Assembly (NCBI GenBank): GCA_040235515.1 | Contig: JBECKX010000143.1 | Coordinates: forward strand, 1-48,120 | Source: Candidatus Zixiibacteriota bacterium | GTDB lineage: Bacteria > Zixibacteria > MSB-5A5 > CAIYYT01 | Reading direction: 5' to 3' | Length of the DNA stretch: 48,120 bases | Translations under genes and position numbers: made by a program | In this document: piece after piece, positions 1 to 10,201 of the stretch | How the letters are laid out: every line of letters starts with the position of its first letter | Position numbering within the stretch: position 1 is the stretch's first letter | Notes under the pieces: generated by a model | What the model saw: only the letters and a program-made list of their open reading frames with translations | Told to the model about the DNA's origin: nothing | Database searches by the model: none

Positions 1-1104
1 TTGAGGAAGTCGCTGTCGCGGCGCGGTAAGAAGATCACTGATCTGGGGCGCTATGCGATTCATGTTCCGCTGCAGGTCAGCAGCGGTGATCCGGTGCCGT
101 TGACCATCAGGGAACTCAAGGCGGCGCTGAGTGCGTTCTTGGCCGGCGAGTATGGCGCCGAGGTGCATCCGGACAAGGAGATGTTGTTGTTGCCCGGCGC
201 GCGCACGGCGCTGCTGTTGCTCGCCACCTTCTTTGCCGACGCGAGCACGACCTATCATCTTCCCGACCCCGGTTATGATGCGTACCGCAAATTTGCGATG
301 TTGTTCGACGCGAGGGTCGAGCATTATCCGCTATATCAGCGCAACGACTACATTCCGAACCTGGAACAGTTGGCGAAGGCTGTTGGAAAGAATCTCAACT
401 TAGTGTTTGTCAATTCGCCGCACAATCCGAGCGGGACGATTTGCGATCAGGAATTCCTGGCGAAGTTACACCGGCATGCGTCGGAACATAATTACCTGCT
501 GGTGGTTGACTCATCTTATGCCCTCCCCTTTGCGGGCAATTTCAGGCCGCCGCTCTACTGCGAGACGAGGCGGCATCTGCGCAACGGGTTGGAGATGATC
601 AGCTTCTCCACCGGATTCCTTAACCCTGACCTCAAGCTGACGATTCTGATGGGGAGGCGATCGCTGATCCAGCCGTTGGGAGAGGCGGCGCGGTCGCTCG
701 GGTTGAAGCCGCTGCAGCCGATGCTTGATGTTGCCAGCAGCTATTTTGCCTCGGTAGCGACGATGCAGGAGCATATTGTGCGTTGCCGCGCCGAATTGGG
801 GGAACGTATTCAGGTGGTAAGCAAGCGGCTCAAGGAATCATCGCTGGAGTATTTCCCGGTAGCGGGTACCGGATACTTCTGGGTGAAGTTGCATCGGCGC
901 CGCATAGCGTTGAACTTTGCTCGCTCCCTGCTGCGGCAGCGGGGGATTCTGGTAGCGCCGGGAACGTCGTTCGGCGAGCAGGGGGAGGGCTGGATACGAC
1001 TTTGTGCCAACGTGACGGGCGAGGAACTGGAGAAGGCGGTCGACGGATTTTGCCGTCATGTCGCGCCGATCAAGTCACGGTTGCGCAGGAGGAAGACGGA
1101 ATGA
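1..1104 (+). CDS. Class I/II aminotransferase-fold protein (probably 5'-partial; Schiff-base Lys apparently absent)
   Basis: PDPGY, NSPHNPSG, VDSSY, PGTSFG..GEGWIRL motifs; SFST where SxSK is expected. Confidence 0.8.
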   Translation: MRKSLSRRGKKITDLGRYAIHVPLQVSSGDPVPLTIRELKAALSAFLAGEYGAEVHPDKEMLLLPGARTALLLLATFFADASTTYHLPDPGYDAYRKFAMLFDARVEHYPLYQRNDYIPNLEQLAKAVGKNLNLVFVNSPHNPSGTICDQEFLAKLHRHASEHNYLLVVDSSYALPFAGNFRPPLYCETRRHLRNGLEMISFSTGFLNPDLKLTILMGRRSLIQPLGEAARSLGLKPLQPMLDVASSYFASVATMQEHIVRCRAELGERIQVVSKRLKESSLEYFPVAGTGYFWVKLHRRRIALNFARSLLRQRGILVAPGTSFGEQGEGWIRLCANVTGEELEKAVDGFCRHVAPIKSRLRRRKTE

Positions 1105-1469
1105 GTGACAGGATCAGGCTTCAGAATATGCGCTTCTATGGTTTCCATGGAGTCAGCGCTGCGGAGAAAGAGACGGGACGTCGCTACGAAGTGGATTGCG
1201 AGTTGTACCTGGATTTGAGCAAGCCGGGCAGGAGTGACAAGCTCGCTGACACAGTAAATTATGCCAGGATATATGAAAAGATAGAAGAGTTGATGGAGCG
1301 TACCCGCTATGCGCTGCTGGAGGCGATTGCTGAGGAGATCGCGCAGCAGGTTTTGACTGATGATCGAATCAGGAAGGCAGTGGTGCGCGTGCGCAAGATG
1401 ATCCCACCGATACCGGGAAATCTGGACTACATTGAGGTGGAGATCGAACGAGAAAGGAATACCCGATAA
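1101..1469 (+). CDS. folB: Dihydroneopterin aldolase
   Basis: MSDRIRLQNMRFYGFHGV, DKLADTVNY, LLEAIAE; ATG 1101 overlaps the upstream stop (ATGA), AGGAGG upstream. Confidence 0.95.
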   Translation: MSDRIRLQNMRFYGFHGVSAAEKETGRRYEVDCELYLDLSKPGRSDKLADTVNYARIYEKIEELMERTRYALLEAIAEEIAQQVLTDDRIRKAVVRVRKMIPPIPGNLDYIEVEIERERNTR

Positions 1470-1954
1470 GCATCTTTGTTTCGCTTGGTTCGAATATTGG
1501 GGACCGAATGAGGAATCTTGATCTGGCGGTAGAAATGATGGGGAAGCATGAGCGGATAAACGTATTGCAGCAATCGCAGACGTACGAGACTGCTCCTGTT
1601 GAGCTGGAGGATCAGCCAGATTTTTTGAATCGTGTGGTGGAGATAGCGTCTGATCTGATGCCGTCGGAACTCCTGGAGCTGTTTCACAGGATTGAGGCGG
1701 AGCTGGGGAGGGAGCGCGAGTTGCGGAACGGACCGCGTTCGATCGATCTTGACCTGCTGCTTTACCGGAACTGGATTCAGCACACGGAGAGCCTGAGCTT
1801 GCCGCATCCGCGGATGGATCGACGCCGGTTTGCGCTGTTGCCGCTGGTAGAGATCGCAAATGGCCTGGTGAATCCGCGCAGCGGCAGGACGTACCGCAGT
1901 GAATTGGAAGCAATCGCACCGGATGGACAAAAGGTAGAGGTCTACCGTGGATAA
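1466..1954 (+). CDS. folK: 2-amino-4-hydroxy-6-hydroxymethyldihydropteridine diphosphokinase (probable ATA start)
   Basis: SLGSNIGD in frame upstream of ATG 1508; QPDFLN, GPRSIDLDLL, LPHPR motifs. Confidence 0.92.
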   Translation: MSIFVSLGSNIGDRMRNLDLAVEMMGKHERINVLQQSQTYETAPVELEDQPDFLNRVVEIASDLMPSELLELFHRIEAELGRERELRNGPRSIDLDLLLYRNWIQHTESLSLPHPRMDRRRFALLPLVEIANGLVNPRSGRTYRSELEAIAPDGQKVEVYRG

Positions 1955-2609
1955 CAAGTTTGACCATCTTCGCTATGTAGCAGTCGACGGGCCGATTGGT
2001 GTAGGGAAGACGACATTCTGCCGGATTCTTGCCGACCGGATTGGTGGCCACCTGATTCTGGAAGAGGCCGCCAAGAATCCGTTCCTGCCGAGTTTCTACA
2101 ACGATCGGAAGCGGCACGCGTTGCAGACGCAGTTTTATTTCCTGCTCTCGCGCTATGCTCAGCAGCGGGAACTGCTGGAGTATGATCTTTTCATGAAGAA
2201 GGTTGTGGCGGACTACACGTTCGAAAAGGATTTGTTGTTTGCGACCGTAAACCTTTCGGATGAAGAGCTGGCGTTGTACAAGCAGGTATCGGCGTTGCTC
2301 GAAAAGACGCTGCCGAAGCCTGACCTGGTGGTATTCCTGACGGCTTCGCTCGATGTACTGGTTGAGCGGATCAGGCGACGCGACATTCCCTACGAGCGGG
2401 AGATAGATGCCGATTACCTGCGCGCAGTGAGTGATGCCTACAATCATCATTTCTTTCACTACAACAAGACGCCATTGCTCGTAATAAAGACCGACAGGCT
2501 GGATTTCGTGGAGAATTCCGAACACCTCGATGAAATCTTCAATCAGATCGCAGAGATGCGACAGGGCACGCGTTATTTCACGCGCGGAGATGATCTGCTC
2601 GGATTGTAA
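1947..2609 (+). CDS. Deoxynucleoside kinase
   Basis: P-loop DGPIGVGKTT, NPFLPSFY, PDLVVFL, RIRRR..YE; typical folK neighbour. Confidence 0.9.
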   Translation: MDNKFDHLRYVAVDGPIGVGKTTFCRILADRIGGHLILEEAAKNPFLPSFYNDRKRHALQTQFYFLLSRYAQQRELLEYDLFMKKVVADYTFEKDLLFATVNLSDEELALYKQVSALLEKTLPKPDLVVFLTASLDVLVERIRRRDIPYEREIDADYLRAVSDAYNHHFFHYNKTPLLVIKTDRLDFVENSEHLDEIFNQIAEMRQGTRYFTRGDDLLGL

Positions 2610-2651
2610 CTGCGCAGGAACCTGGACCCGACCCGGAGCGAAGTAAATTTG

Positions 2652-3458
2652 ATGGTAAAGAAGCAGAAGACTGCAAAGTCGTTTGGAAAGATGAAGAAGT
2701 CGGGGGAGAAGATCGTCTGGGTGACGGGCTACGACTACTACACGGCGAAGGCGATCGATGGCGCCGGCGTGGATGGTATCCTGGTTGGTGACACGCTGGC
2801 GATGGTCTTGTACGGGTACAAGAACACCCTTTCGATCGGTATGGATGCGATGGTGCGGCATACCGAAGCGGTAGCGCGGGGAGCCGCGACTGCGATGGTG
2901 GTGGGGGATATGCCATTTGGGTCGTACCAGATTTCTGATGCCGAGGCGATCAGGAACGCGATGCGCTTCCTGAGCGAGGCCAATGCCGCGGGAGTGAAGA
3001 TTGAGGGTGGTGTCGAGATGGCGCCCCGGATCAAGAAGATTGTGGAATGCGGGATCCCGGTGTTCGGTCATATCGGGCTGACCCCGCAGTCGATCAACAA
3101 ATTCGGCGGCTATCGGGTGCAGGGGAAGACGGAGGCGGCACGAAACTACCTGCTGGAGTCAGCGCACGCGCTGGAGGAGGCGGGTTGTTTCAGTATCGTG
3201 CTGGAGGCGATGAAATCTGATATCGCCGAGAGGATCTCACAGGAGTTGAAGATTCCGACGATCGGGATCGGTTCCGGGAGTAAGACCGACGGTCAGATCA
3301 TCGTGATCAATGACATCATGGGTCTCAACGACGAGTTGCTGCCGAAATTCGTGCGCCGTTATTTCGACGCGATGGGAAAGATCACTGAGGTGGCGGGCAA
3401 GTTTACGCACGATGTCAAGTCGGGGAATTATCCTCGGGAAGATGAGAGCTACGGCTAG
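2652..3458 (+). CDS. panB: 3-methyl-2-oxobutanoate hydroxymethyltransferase
   Basis: ILVGD, DMPFGSY, VKIEGG, GHIGLTPQS, PTIGIG. Confidence 0.97.
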   Translation: MVKKQKTAKSFGKMKKSGEKIVWVTGYDYYTAKAIDGAGVDGILVGDTLAMVLYGYKNTLSIGMDAMVRHTEAVARGAATAMVVGDMPFGSYQISDAEAIRNAMRFLSEANAAGVKIEGGVEMAPRIKKIVECGIPVFGHIGLTPQSINKFGGYRVQGKTEAARNYLLESAHALEEAGCFSIVLEAMKSDIAERISQELKIPTIGIGSGSKTDGQIIVINDIMGLNDELLPKFVRRYFDAMGKITEVAGKFTHDVKSGNYPREDESYG

Positions 3459-3461
3459 CTG

Positions 3462-4310
3462 ATGAAGACGATCAGCAGCGCGGCCGTGATGCAGCGCCGG
3501 ATGCTTGCGTTGAAGCGTGCCGGGAAACGGATAGCTTTGGTGCCAACGATGGGCGCTTTGCACGAGGGGCATCTTTCGCTTCTCAGCCGGGCGCGCTCAC
3601 TTGGTGATGTGCTAGTGGCATCGGTTTTTGTCAATCCGACGCAGTTCGGTCCGAAAGAGGATTTCAAGAAATATCCGCGTGACCTGAAGGGGGATAAGCG
3701 GTTGCTCGACCGCAGCGGGGTGGATTACCTCTTTGCGCCGCAGCCGGAGCAGATTTACCCGGAGGGGTTCGACACCTATGTAGTTCCGGAACGGATAGCG
3801 GGGATCCTGGAGGGAGCCGCCCGTCCGGGTCATTTTCGGGGTGTCGCGACCGTGGTGCTGAAGCTTTTCAATATCGTTCAGGCGGATGTCGCCGTGTTTG
3901 GCCGAAAGGATCTGCAGCAGTCGGTAGTGATAAAACAGATGGTGAAGGACTTGAATCTGCCGGTAAGAATTGTGATAGCACCGACCTTGCGGGATGTCGA
4001 TGGAATTGCTTTGTCGTCGCGGAATGCTTATCTTAACAGTTCGGCCCGTGAACGGGCCCGCGTGATCCCCGCTGCGCTTTTCGGGGCGAGGCAAATGATT
4101 GTCGAAGGCGAGCGATCGGCCGCAAGAATTCGGAACTATGTGAAGCGGCGGCTTGTTAAGGAAGCGCAGGCAGCGGTGGATTACGTATCAGTTGCGGACT
4201 CCGACTCGCTGGCGGAGCTGAAGAAAATAGCGGGTGATGTTGCCATCAGCCTGGCGTGCCGCATCGACGGTGTGCGGCTGATTGACAATGTCACACTGAG
4301 GGTGAGATAG
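3462..4310 (+). CDS. panC: Pantoate--beta-alanine ligase
   Basis: [36 protein letters not shown]. Confidence 0.97.
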   Translation: MKTISSAAVMQRRMLALKRAGKRIALVPTMGALHEGHLSLLSRARSLGDVLVASVFVNPTQFGPKEDFKKYPRDLKGDKRLLDRSGVDYLFAPQPEQIYPEGFDTYVVPERIAGILEGAARPGHFRGVATVVLKLFNIVQADVAVFGRKDLQQSVVIKQMVKDLNLPVRIVIAPTLRDVDGIALSSRNAYLNSSARERARVIPAALFGARQMIVEGERSAARIRNYVKRRLVKEAQAAVDYVSVADSDSLAELKKIAGDVAISLACRIDGVRLIDNVTLRVR

Positions 4311-4311
4311 C

Positions 4312-4662
4312 ATGTTGCTTGAAATGTTTAAATCAAAGATTCATCGCGCGACGGTGACCGACGCTGATCTCAACTATGAGGGGTCGTGTGAGATCGATCC
4401 TGATTTGATGGAGGCGGCGAATATCCTGGTGGGTGAGAAGGTTCAGGTGGTCAATGTCGCCAACGGCGCGCGCTTCGAGACTTATACGATTGCCGGGAAG
4501 CGTGGCAGCCGTACCGTTTGCCTGAACGGGCCGGCGGCAAGGCTGGGGCAGGTGGGGGACAAGATTATCATCATCACCTACGTTCACCTCACGCCGGAAG
4601 AGGCGCGCGATTTCAAGCCGGTCGTCCTCCACGTCGATGACAAGAACGAACCGACTTCGTAG
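4312..4662 (+). CDS. panD: Aspartate 1-decarboxylase
   Basis: [14 protein letters not shown] pyruvoyl cleavage site, [14 protein letters not shown]. Confidence 0.97.
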   Translation: MLLEMFKSKIHRATVTDADLNYEGSCEIDPDLMEAANILVGEKVQVVNVANGARFETYTIAGKRGSRTVCLNGPAARLGQVGDKIIIITYVHLTPEEARDFKPVVLHVDDKNEPTS

Positions 4663-4728
4663 CATTGCGGACTACTTCAACTTCATATTCTCTGGAAATC
4701 CCAACTAACCTCAAGCGATAGAATTCCC

Positions 4729-5511
4729 GTGACAGCGAACAAAGATAACTTCAAGCAGAGTTTCGAAGAGACCGTAGCGATTGTCCTGGCGGCCGGAAAG
4801 GGTAAGCGGATGAAATCCGATTTACCGAAGGTGCTGCATCCGATCGCGGGCAAGCCGCTGATCGACCATATCGTGCACACCCTGACCCGGTTACGGGTCG
4901 GGAAGATCGTTCTGGTGGTGGGGCATGGACGTGAACTGGTCGAGCAAAATTTCGCGGACGCGCAGCTTCCCAATCTCTATTTTGCGGTTCAGCATACCCA
5001 GCGCGGAACGGCGGATGCGGTCAATGCGGCAGCCGAGCATTTCCGCGATCATAACGGCTCGGTGCTGGTACTGGCAGGCGACGTACCGCTTCTGAGCGAG
5101 GCGTCGTTGAAGAGGTTGTTGAATGAGCATATCGAGTCAGGCTGCGACGCTACGGTATTGACCTCGGAACCGCCGGATGCGAGCGGCTATGGTCGTATAG
5201 TGCGGGGCGCCGACGGCAGGGTAGCTAAGATCGTCGAGCACGTCGATGCAACCGAGGCGGAACGGGCGATCGGCGAGATCAATACGGGGATCTTCGTCTT
5301 TAACGCGGGGCCGCTTTATAATGGCCTGCAAAGTGTCGATACGAATAATGAGCAGGGGGAATACTATCTCACCGATGTAGTGGAGATCCTGCTCCACCGG
5401 GGTAACGGAACCAAGGCGGTCAAGCTGGAGGATTACCGGGAGGCCCTGGGAGTGAACTCGGTTGAGCAACTTCAGGAGCTTGACCAAATCTACGCCGAAA
5501 TGAATTCATAA
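4729..5511 (+). CDS. Sugar-phosphate nucleotidyltransferase, GlmU N-terminal domain only
   Basis: LAAGKGKRMKSDLPKVLH, GTADAV, GDVP, GYGRIVR, EINTG, EYYLTD, GVN; ends at 260 aa with no hexapeptide domain. Confidence 0.88.
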   Translation: MTANKDNFKQSFEETVAIVLAAGKGKRMKSDLPKVLHPIAGKPLIDHIVHTLTRLRVGKIVLVVGHGRELVEQNFADAQLPNLYFAVQHTQRGTADAVNAAAEHFRDHNGSVLVLAGDVPLLSEASLKRLLNEHIESGCDATVLTSEPPDASGYGRIVRGADGRVAKIVEHVDATEAERAIGEINTGIFVFNAGPLYNGLQSVDTNNEQGEYYLTDVVEILLHRGNGTKAVKLEDYREALGVNSVEQLQELDQIYAEMNS

Positions 5512-5549
5512 ATTCTTCGCTGGAGTTCGAGAGTTTAAGTATTAAAACG

Positions 5550-5578
5550 TTGACAAAGAATTAAGCGAAACGTACTTT
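5550..5578 (+). promoter_or_regulatory. Sigma70-type promoter
   Basis: TTGACA-17-TACTTT upstream of ORF 5621. Confidence 0.7.
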
Positions 5579-5620
5579 CGAGCGTATACAGATTGGAAGT
5601 CTGTAGGAGATCTTAAAATC

Positions 5621-6163
5621 ATGACATCGCGAAATCTGACATCAATTGTTTTGGTTTTTGGCTTAGTCGTGCTATTCGTTTCCGCGGTGGTCTCAGCCGA
5701 GACGCTTGTGGAAAAGGAGAGCAGTTACGCCAGTAAGCCTCTGAGCGAGATTGCCCAGGGCCCGCAGAGTATGCAGGGTGCTTCGAGTTCGATTTTCTCG
5801 TTATTTGATCCGTCACGGTTTTCGATGCATCAGTCTTATTCGATTGCCTTTATGTCGGGCAGTACCGGTTCGCAGTCGATTGCGATGTACCTGAATTCGA
5901 TTGACTACAAACTGGCCCAGCCGCTAACGCTTCAGGTTGATTTAGCCTTTATGCACCAGCCGCAGACACTTTTCGGCGCGGAGGGAAGTTCGGGTCTAAA
6001 TGGCAAGATCCTCCCGAGTTTCCGCCTGCTGTGGGAGCCGTCGAAAGATTTTCATATGTCGATTTCGTACGAAAGCAGAAGCGCGTACTATAATCCGTAT
6101 TATAACTCATACTATGACCCCTTCTATCGGGGTTATGGCAGTCGTTCACTGTTCGGGAGGTAG
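5621..6163 (+). CDS. Secreted hypothetical protein
   Basis: AGGAG RBS, N-terminal signal peptide, Tyr-rich C-terminus. Confidence 0.75.
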   Translation: MTSRNLTSIVLVFGLVVLFVSAVVSAETLVEKESSYASKPLSEIAQGPQSMQGASSSIFSLFDPSRFSMHQSYSIAFMSGSTGSQSIAMYLNSIDYKLAQPLTLQVDLAFMHQPQTLFGAEGSSGLNGKILPSFRLLWEPSKDFHMSISYESRSAYYNPYYNSYYDPFYRGYGSRSLFGR

Positions 6164-6275
6164 TGCCGGTAATCTTGATTCGACTCAGGCGTTCGTTGAG
6201 CGCACCGTAGCCCTCCTGTAGCAATGATCCAAGACAGCATTAAGAAATTAACTTAGCGAAAGACGCTGTAAGACT

Positions 6276-6782
6276 CTGAAGCAGACGACACGCAATAAGT
6301 CCGGGAAGTCGAAGACGGCCAGGAGACGGCCGGCGAGTAGAGTAATTGATTTCCTGCTGGTGGTGGTATCGCTTTCGATCCTCGTGTTCGTGGGGTCGTT
6401 TGCCGCCAAGTTCATGCAGGGGGAGACGGCGCCGTTGCCGGAGACAGAGAAGCGACCGATCAACGTGAAGGTTGAGATTCTCAACGGCTGTGGCCAGTCT
6501 GGTGCGGCGGCGGAGTTTGCCAAGTTTGCCAAGCTGACGGCCAGGCCCGAGTTCATAGTGGATGTCGTCAAGGAGGAAAACTTTCGCTCTTTCGATCAGG
6601 AAAAAACATTATTGATTGCTCGGAAGCCGGAATTGGAGCAGGCCCAGCAGCTTGCCAGAAAGCTGGGTATAGCCGAGGAGCGCGTGACGCATCGGGAGAT
6701 GGACGGCAATTTCCTCGATGTTGACTACACGATGATCGTCGGCTCCGACTACGAGATGGTAATGGCAGTAGCGCGTAAGTAA
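6276..6782 (+). CDS. LytR C-terminal domain membrane-anchored protein (start uncertain: CTG 6276 or GTG 6360)
   Basis: VEILNGCGQSGAA and VDYTMIVGSDY motifs; TM helix; typical position before rsfS. Confidence 0.8.
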   Translation: MKQTTRNKSGKSKTARRRPASRVIDFLLVVVSLSILVFVGSFAAKFMQGETAPLPETEKRPINVKVEILNGCGQSGAAAEFAKFAKLTARPEFIVDVVKEENFRSFDQEKTLLIARKPELEQAQQLARKLGIAEERVTHREMDGNFLDVDYTMIVGSDYEMVMAVARK

Positions 6783-6848
6783 GCAGGCGCTTAGAGGTAG
6801 TGATTGATGAATGAAAACGTGATGTGGAGGTTGTAGAAAAACTCGTTA

Positions 6849-7196
6849 ATGACCCCAGCGCAGTTGGCTCACAAGATTGCTGATCTTTCTCTCGACAAGA
6901 GAGCCTACGATGTTAAAATCCTAGATCTCCGGGGGCTATCAACGGTGTGCGATTACTTCGTAATTTGCTCGGCTGATGCCGATGTCCAGGCCAAGGCTAT
7001 CACCGACCATATTGTTGAGAAGCTGAAAGAAGACGAGGGTGTGAAACCGTGGCACACTGAAGGTTACCGCAGCCTGCGTTGGGTATTGCTTGACTATGTT
7101 GACGTGGTTGTGCACGTCTTTCTCCGCGATGTCCGCAGTTTCTATGGTCTCGAGGAGTTGTGGGGGGATGCCCCGGTCGAAGAGATCGCTGCCTGA
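6849..7196 (+). CDS. rsfS: Ribosome silencing factor
   Basis: DYFVICS, WVLLDYVDVVVHVF..R.FYGLEELW. Confidence 0.96.
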   Translation: MTPAQLAHKIADLSLDKRAYDVKILDLRGLSTVCDYFVICSADADVQAKAITDHIVEKLKEDEGVKPWHTEGYRSLRWVLLDYVDVVVHVFLRDVRSFYGLEELWGDAPVEEIAA

Positions 7197-7433
7197 GGCT
7201 TCGGTCGCTGAGCCGACTCTGCGTGCTTGATCGTCGAAAAGTCCGAAATCAGATAGCCGTCACCAATCAACCCTACTATAAGCAACGCTTAGTTTGTTGC
7301 GAGATCTATGCAGCGTTTTTAAGCAACGTTCAGGCGATTTTGATATAACCGGCCCACGGGCTGGAATAAACACGAATACAGACAACATTGAATTTACTCT
7401 TAGCAGTGGAAAAATAATTTCTCCAGGAGATCG

Positions 7434-8750
7434 TTGGAGGTCACTATAATGGAATCATCTCCCAAGACAAAGGCGCGCGAAACCAAGCGCGGAAAGAACG
7501 ATATGGATATCGTTGAACTGAAAAGCAAGACAATCGCCGAGTTGCTGAAGACGGCCGAGGACCTGGAGATACCGGGTGTTTCGGGTCTGCGCAAATCGGA
7601 GCTTATCTTCAAAATCCTCGAGACGAAGACCGAGAAGGATGGCCTGATCTTCGGTGAGGGTGTGCTCGAAATCCTTGATGAGGGTTACGGCTTCCTGCGC
7701 TCGGCGGATTACAACTACCTGCCGGGTCCGGATGACATCTACGTGTCGCCGTCGCAGATCAAACGTTTTGACCTGCGCACCGGTGATATCATTTCAGGAC
7801 AGGTGCGTCCACCGAAGGAATCAGAGCGCTACTTTGCGCTGCTTAAGATCGAAGCGGTTAATTTCGAGAGCCCCGAAGTTGCCAAGCATAAGATTCTCTT
7901 TGATAACCTGACGCCGCTCTATCCCGATGTTCGTTTCCAGCTCGAGACGCAGCCGGAAGAGCAGACCACCCGCGTGATGGACCTGATGTGTCCGTTGGGT
8001 AAGGGACAGCGTGCGTTGATCGTATCGCCGCCGAAGGCCGGTAAGACGATCATCCTACAGAAGATCGCGAATGCGATCACGACCAATCATCCTGAGTGTA
8101 AGTTGATCGTGTTGCTGATCGATGAACGCCCGGAAGAAGTTACCGATATGAAGCGTTCGGTGCAGGGTGAGGTTGTATCATCAACCTTCGATGAGCCGGC
8201 AGAGCGTCACGTGCAGGTTGCCGAGATGGTGCTGCAGAAGGCGAAGCGCCTGGTGGAGCACCAGCATGATGTGGTAATCCTGCTCGACTCGATTACCCGC
8301 CTGGCGCGTGCGCATAACGCAGTGGTGCCGCACTCCGGTAAGATTCTTTCGGGTGGTGTGGACTCGAATGCATTGCAGCGTCCGAAGCGATTCTTTGGCG
8401 CGGCGCGAAATATCGAAGAGGGAGGGTCGCTCACGATCGTCGGTACCGCGCTGATCGAGACCGGTTCGCGTATGGATGAGGTTATTTTCGAAGAGTTCAA
8501 GGGCACGGGTAACTCAGAAATCGTGCTTGATCGCAGACTGGCAGACCGCAGGATTTTCCCGGCGATGGATATCAATCGTTCATCGACTCGTAAGGAAGAG
8601 CTGCTTCTGGGTCAGGCCGAGCTGGCACGTATCTGGATTCTGCGCAAGTTCCTTGCGGATATGAATGCGATTGAAGCGATGGAATTCCTGCTTGATCGTT
8701 TGAAAAAGAGCAAGACCAACAAGAAGTTCCTTGATTCGATGAAGGACTAG
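7434..8750 (+). CDS. rho: Transcription termination factor Rho
   Basis: [48 protein letters not shown]. Confidence 0.98.
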   Translation: MEVTIMESSPKTKARETKRGKNDMDIVELKSKTIAELLKTAEDLEIPGVSGLRKSELIFKILETKTEKDGLIFGEGVLEILDEGYGFLRSADYNYLPGPDDIYVSPSQIKRFDLRTGDIISGQVRPPKESERYFALLKIEAVNFESPEVAKHKILFDNLTPLYPDVRFQLETQPEEQTTRVMDLMCPLGKGQRALIVSPPKAGKTIILQKIANAITTNHPECKLIVLLIDERPEEVTDMKRSVQGEVVSSTFDEPAERHVQVAEMVLQKAKRLVEHQHDVVILLDSITRLARAHNAVVPHSGKILSGGVDSNALQRPKRFFGAARNIEEGGSLTIVGTALIETGSRMDEVIFEEFKGTGNSEIVLDRRLADRRIFPAMDINRSSTRKEELLLGQAELARIWILRKFLADMNAIEAMEFLLDRLKKSKTNKKFLDSMKD

Positions 8751-8755
8751 GGGGG

Positions 8756-8839
8756 CGACCAACACACCCCGGCTTGCGGTCGCTGGTGCGACCTCAGCCT
8801 GCCCCTCTCAAGAGGGGCGAGCGTTTGTTGCGCTGGCTC
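8756..8839. repeat. Dispersed palindromic repeat family A, copy 1 (short)
   Basis: AACACACCCC...CCCCTCTCAAGAGGGG shared with copies at 9981, 11972, 22718 and 23097. Confidence 0.9.
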
Positions 8840-9055
8840 GTTCGGGCCTTTGGAGAGTGTGGGACAAAGCGGTGGAGAGGGTTCATCGTGAGGCGGTGCG
8901 TGGCAGGGGGGCTGGACTGTTGGTGGCAATGTTTGCTATACCTGGATCAATCCTGTACGTCGTGGTCGATCGGACAGCGGCACGTAGGATCGCGTGGAGC
9001 ACGAGGCATAGACGCCGCCATCCGTGCAACTGAATAACTGAGACATGGACAAAAG

Positions 9056-9901
9056 GTGTATCTACAAGTAGCCAGTGCGGTAGTTGAGTTTGCCATCGCC
9101 ATTCTCATCCTAGTCAAGAGTGACATTTTTCACGACAGAAGGACTAACAGATTTCGGAGGCTATCAAGGGCAGGGATTCTGCTGATGGTGGCTGCTTTGG
9201 GAGCGAACATATGGCTCAGTTATGATTCGCATTCGGAACAGGAGCGCCTTCGCGAGAATGTCAACATGACAAACTCAAAGCTGGATACTCTTGGCGACTT
9301 AGCTGATGCCCAAAGGAAACAGATTGACTCATTGAGCTTCCTGATGGTCAGAGTAGACTCTGTTGCGCGAGAAATGTTTCCACAACTCCCGCCTCCTGCG
9401 GCGATAGATTCGCTCGGAAGCTTGCTGAGCAGAATTATGGCATCTCAGGTACGAGCCGCTGAAGACAGGATTGTAGATGTCATAAATCGGCCACGGTTCA
9501 GACCCCTGTCACAGGAGAGGCATTTGGCGCTATCCTTGAGATGCAGGCAGTTTCTGCAGGCTTACGGTTCCCAGTTGAAGGGAATTGAGTTGAAATGCGA
9601 AGAAGGGAATCGCGAGCGTGAAAATTTCGTCGCCTATTTGTTCGGTATCCTAGACTCGGTCGGGCTTCCAGTGCGTTTGAGTAGACAGTCGACATGGGGA
9701 AGACCTACTAATGGCCCGCTGTTAATAGAATTTCACTCTGGGGAGACTGATCTGATGCTAGCGCTTGCCAACGCATTAAACGTCGTCTTTGTTGCTCAAT
9801 GTGATACCATTGCGAGACGCAGTATTGGTAAGGGTGAAATAGCTCTGACCTTTTTGGGAGATCCCCTTTTTGGACAAGATGGGCTAGTACACTTTCGGTG
9901 A
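9056..9901 (+). CDS. Hypothetical membrane protein (2 TM + coiled coil)
   Basis: 281-aa ORF with two N-terminal hydrophobic segments; lies between repeat copies. Confidence 0.7.
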   Translation: MYLQVASAVVEFAIAILILVKSDIFHDRRTNRFRRLSRAGILLMVAALGANIWLSYDSHSEQERLRENVNMTNSKLDTLGDLADAQRKQIDSLSFLMVRVDSVAREMFPQLPPPAAIDSLGSLLSRIMASQVRAAEDRIVDVINRPRFRPLSQERHLALSLRCRQFLQAYGSQLKGIELKCEEGNRERENFVAYLFGILDSVGLPVRLSRQSTWGRPTNGPLLIEFHSGETDLMLALANALNVVFVAQCDTIARRSIGKGEIALTFLGDPLFGQDGLVHFR

Positions 9902-9980
9902 TTGCAGGTTCGCCCGTGCGGCGGTACGCCCTCGATCACCGTAGGATGAATCTCGAAAGAGACGGATCTCGCGTTGGCGA

Positions 9981-10191
9981 CGACCAACACACCCCGGCTT
10001 GCGGTCGCTGAAGCGACCTTAAGCCTGCCCCTCTCAAGAGGGGCGAGCGTTTGTTGGGCTGGCTCCATTTGGGCTGCCGAGAGAGTGGCACAGGTTGAGA
10101 TGGGTGCGTGTTAAGATGCTCTTGTGAGGCGGGATGAATGAGGATCGCTGCAAGTAAGCTCACGCCGTGCACGAGGACGTACACGGCGCAC
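9981..10191. repeat. ~200-bp direct repeat, left copy (family A + REP-like hairpin)
   Basis: Near-identical to 11972-12175. Confidence 0.93.
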
Positions 10192-10201
10192 TGTAGAGTC
10201 T

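Noticed and set aside
1440..1470. Programmed frameshift making a FolB-FolK fusion
   Set aside because: No slippery heptamer; a coupled ATA start with RBS is simpler.
1056..3071. 671-aa minus-strand ORF and similar shadow ORFs
   Set aside because: Antisense to well-supported genes; typical of GC-rich DNA.
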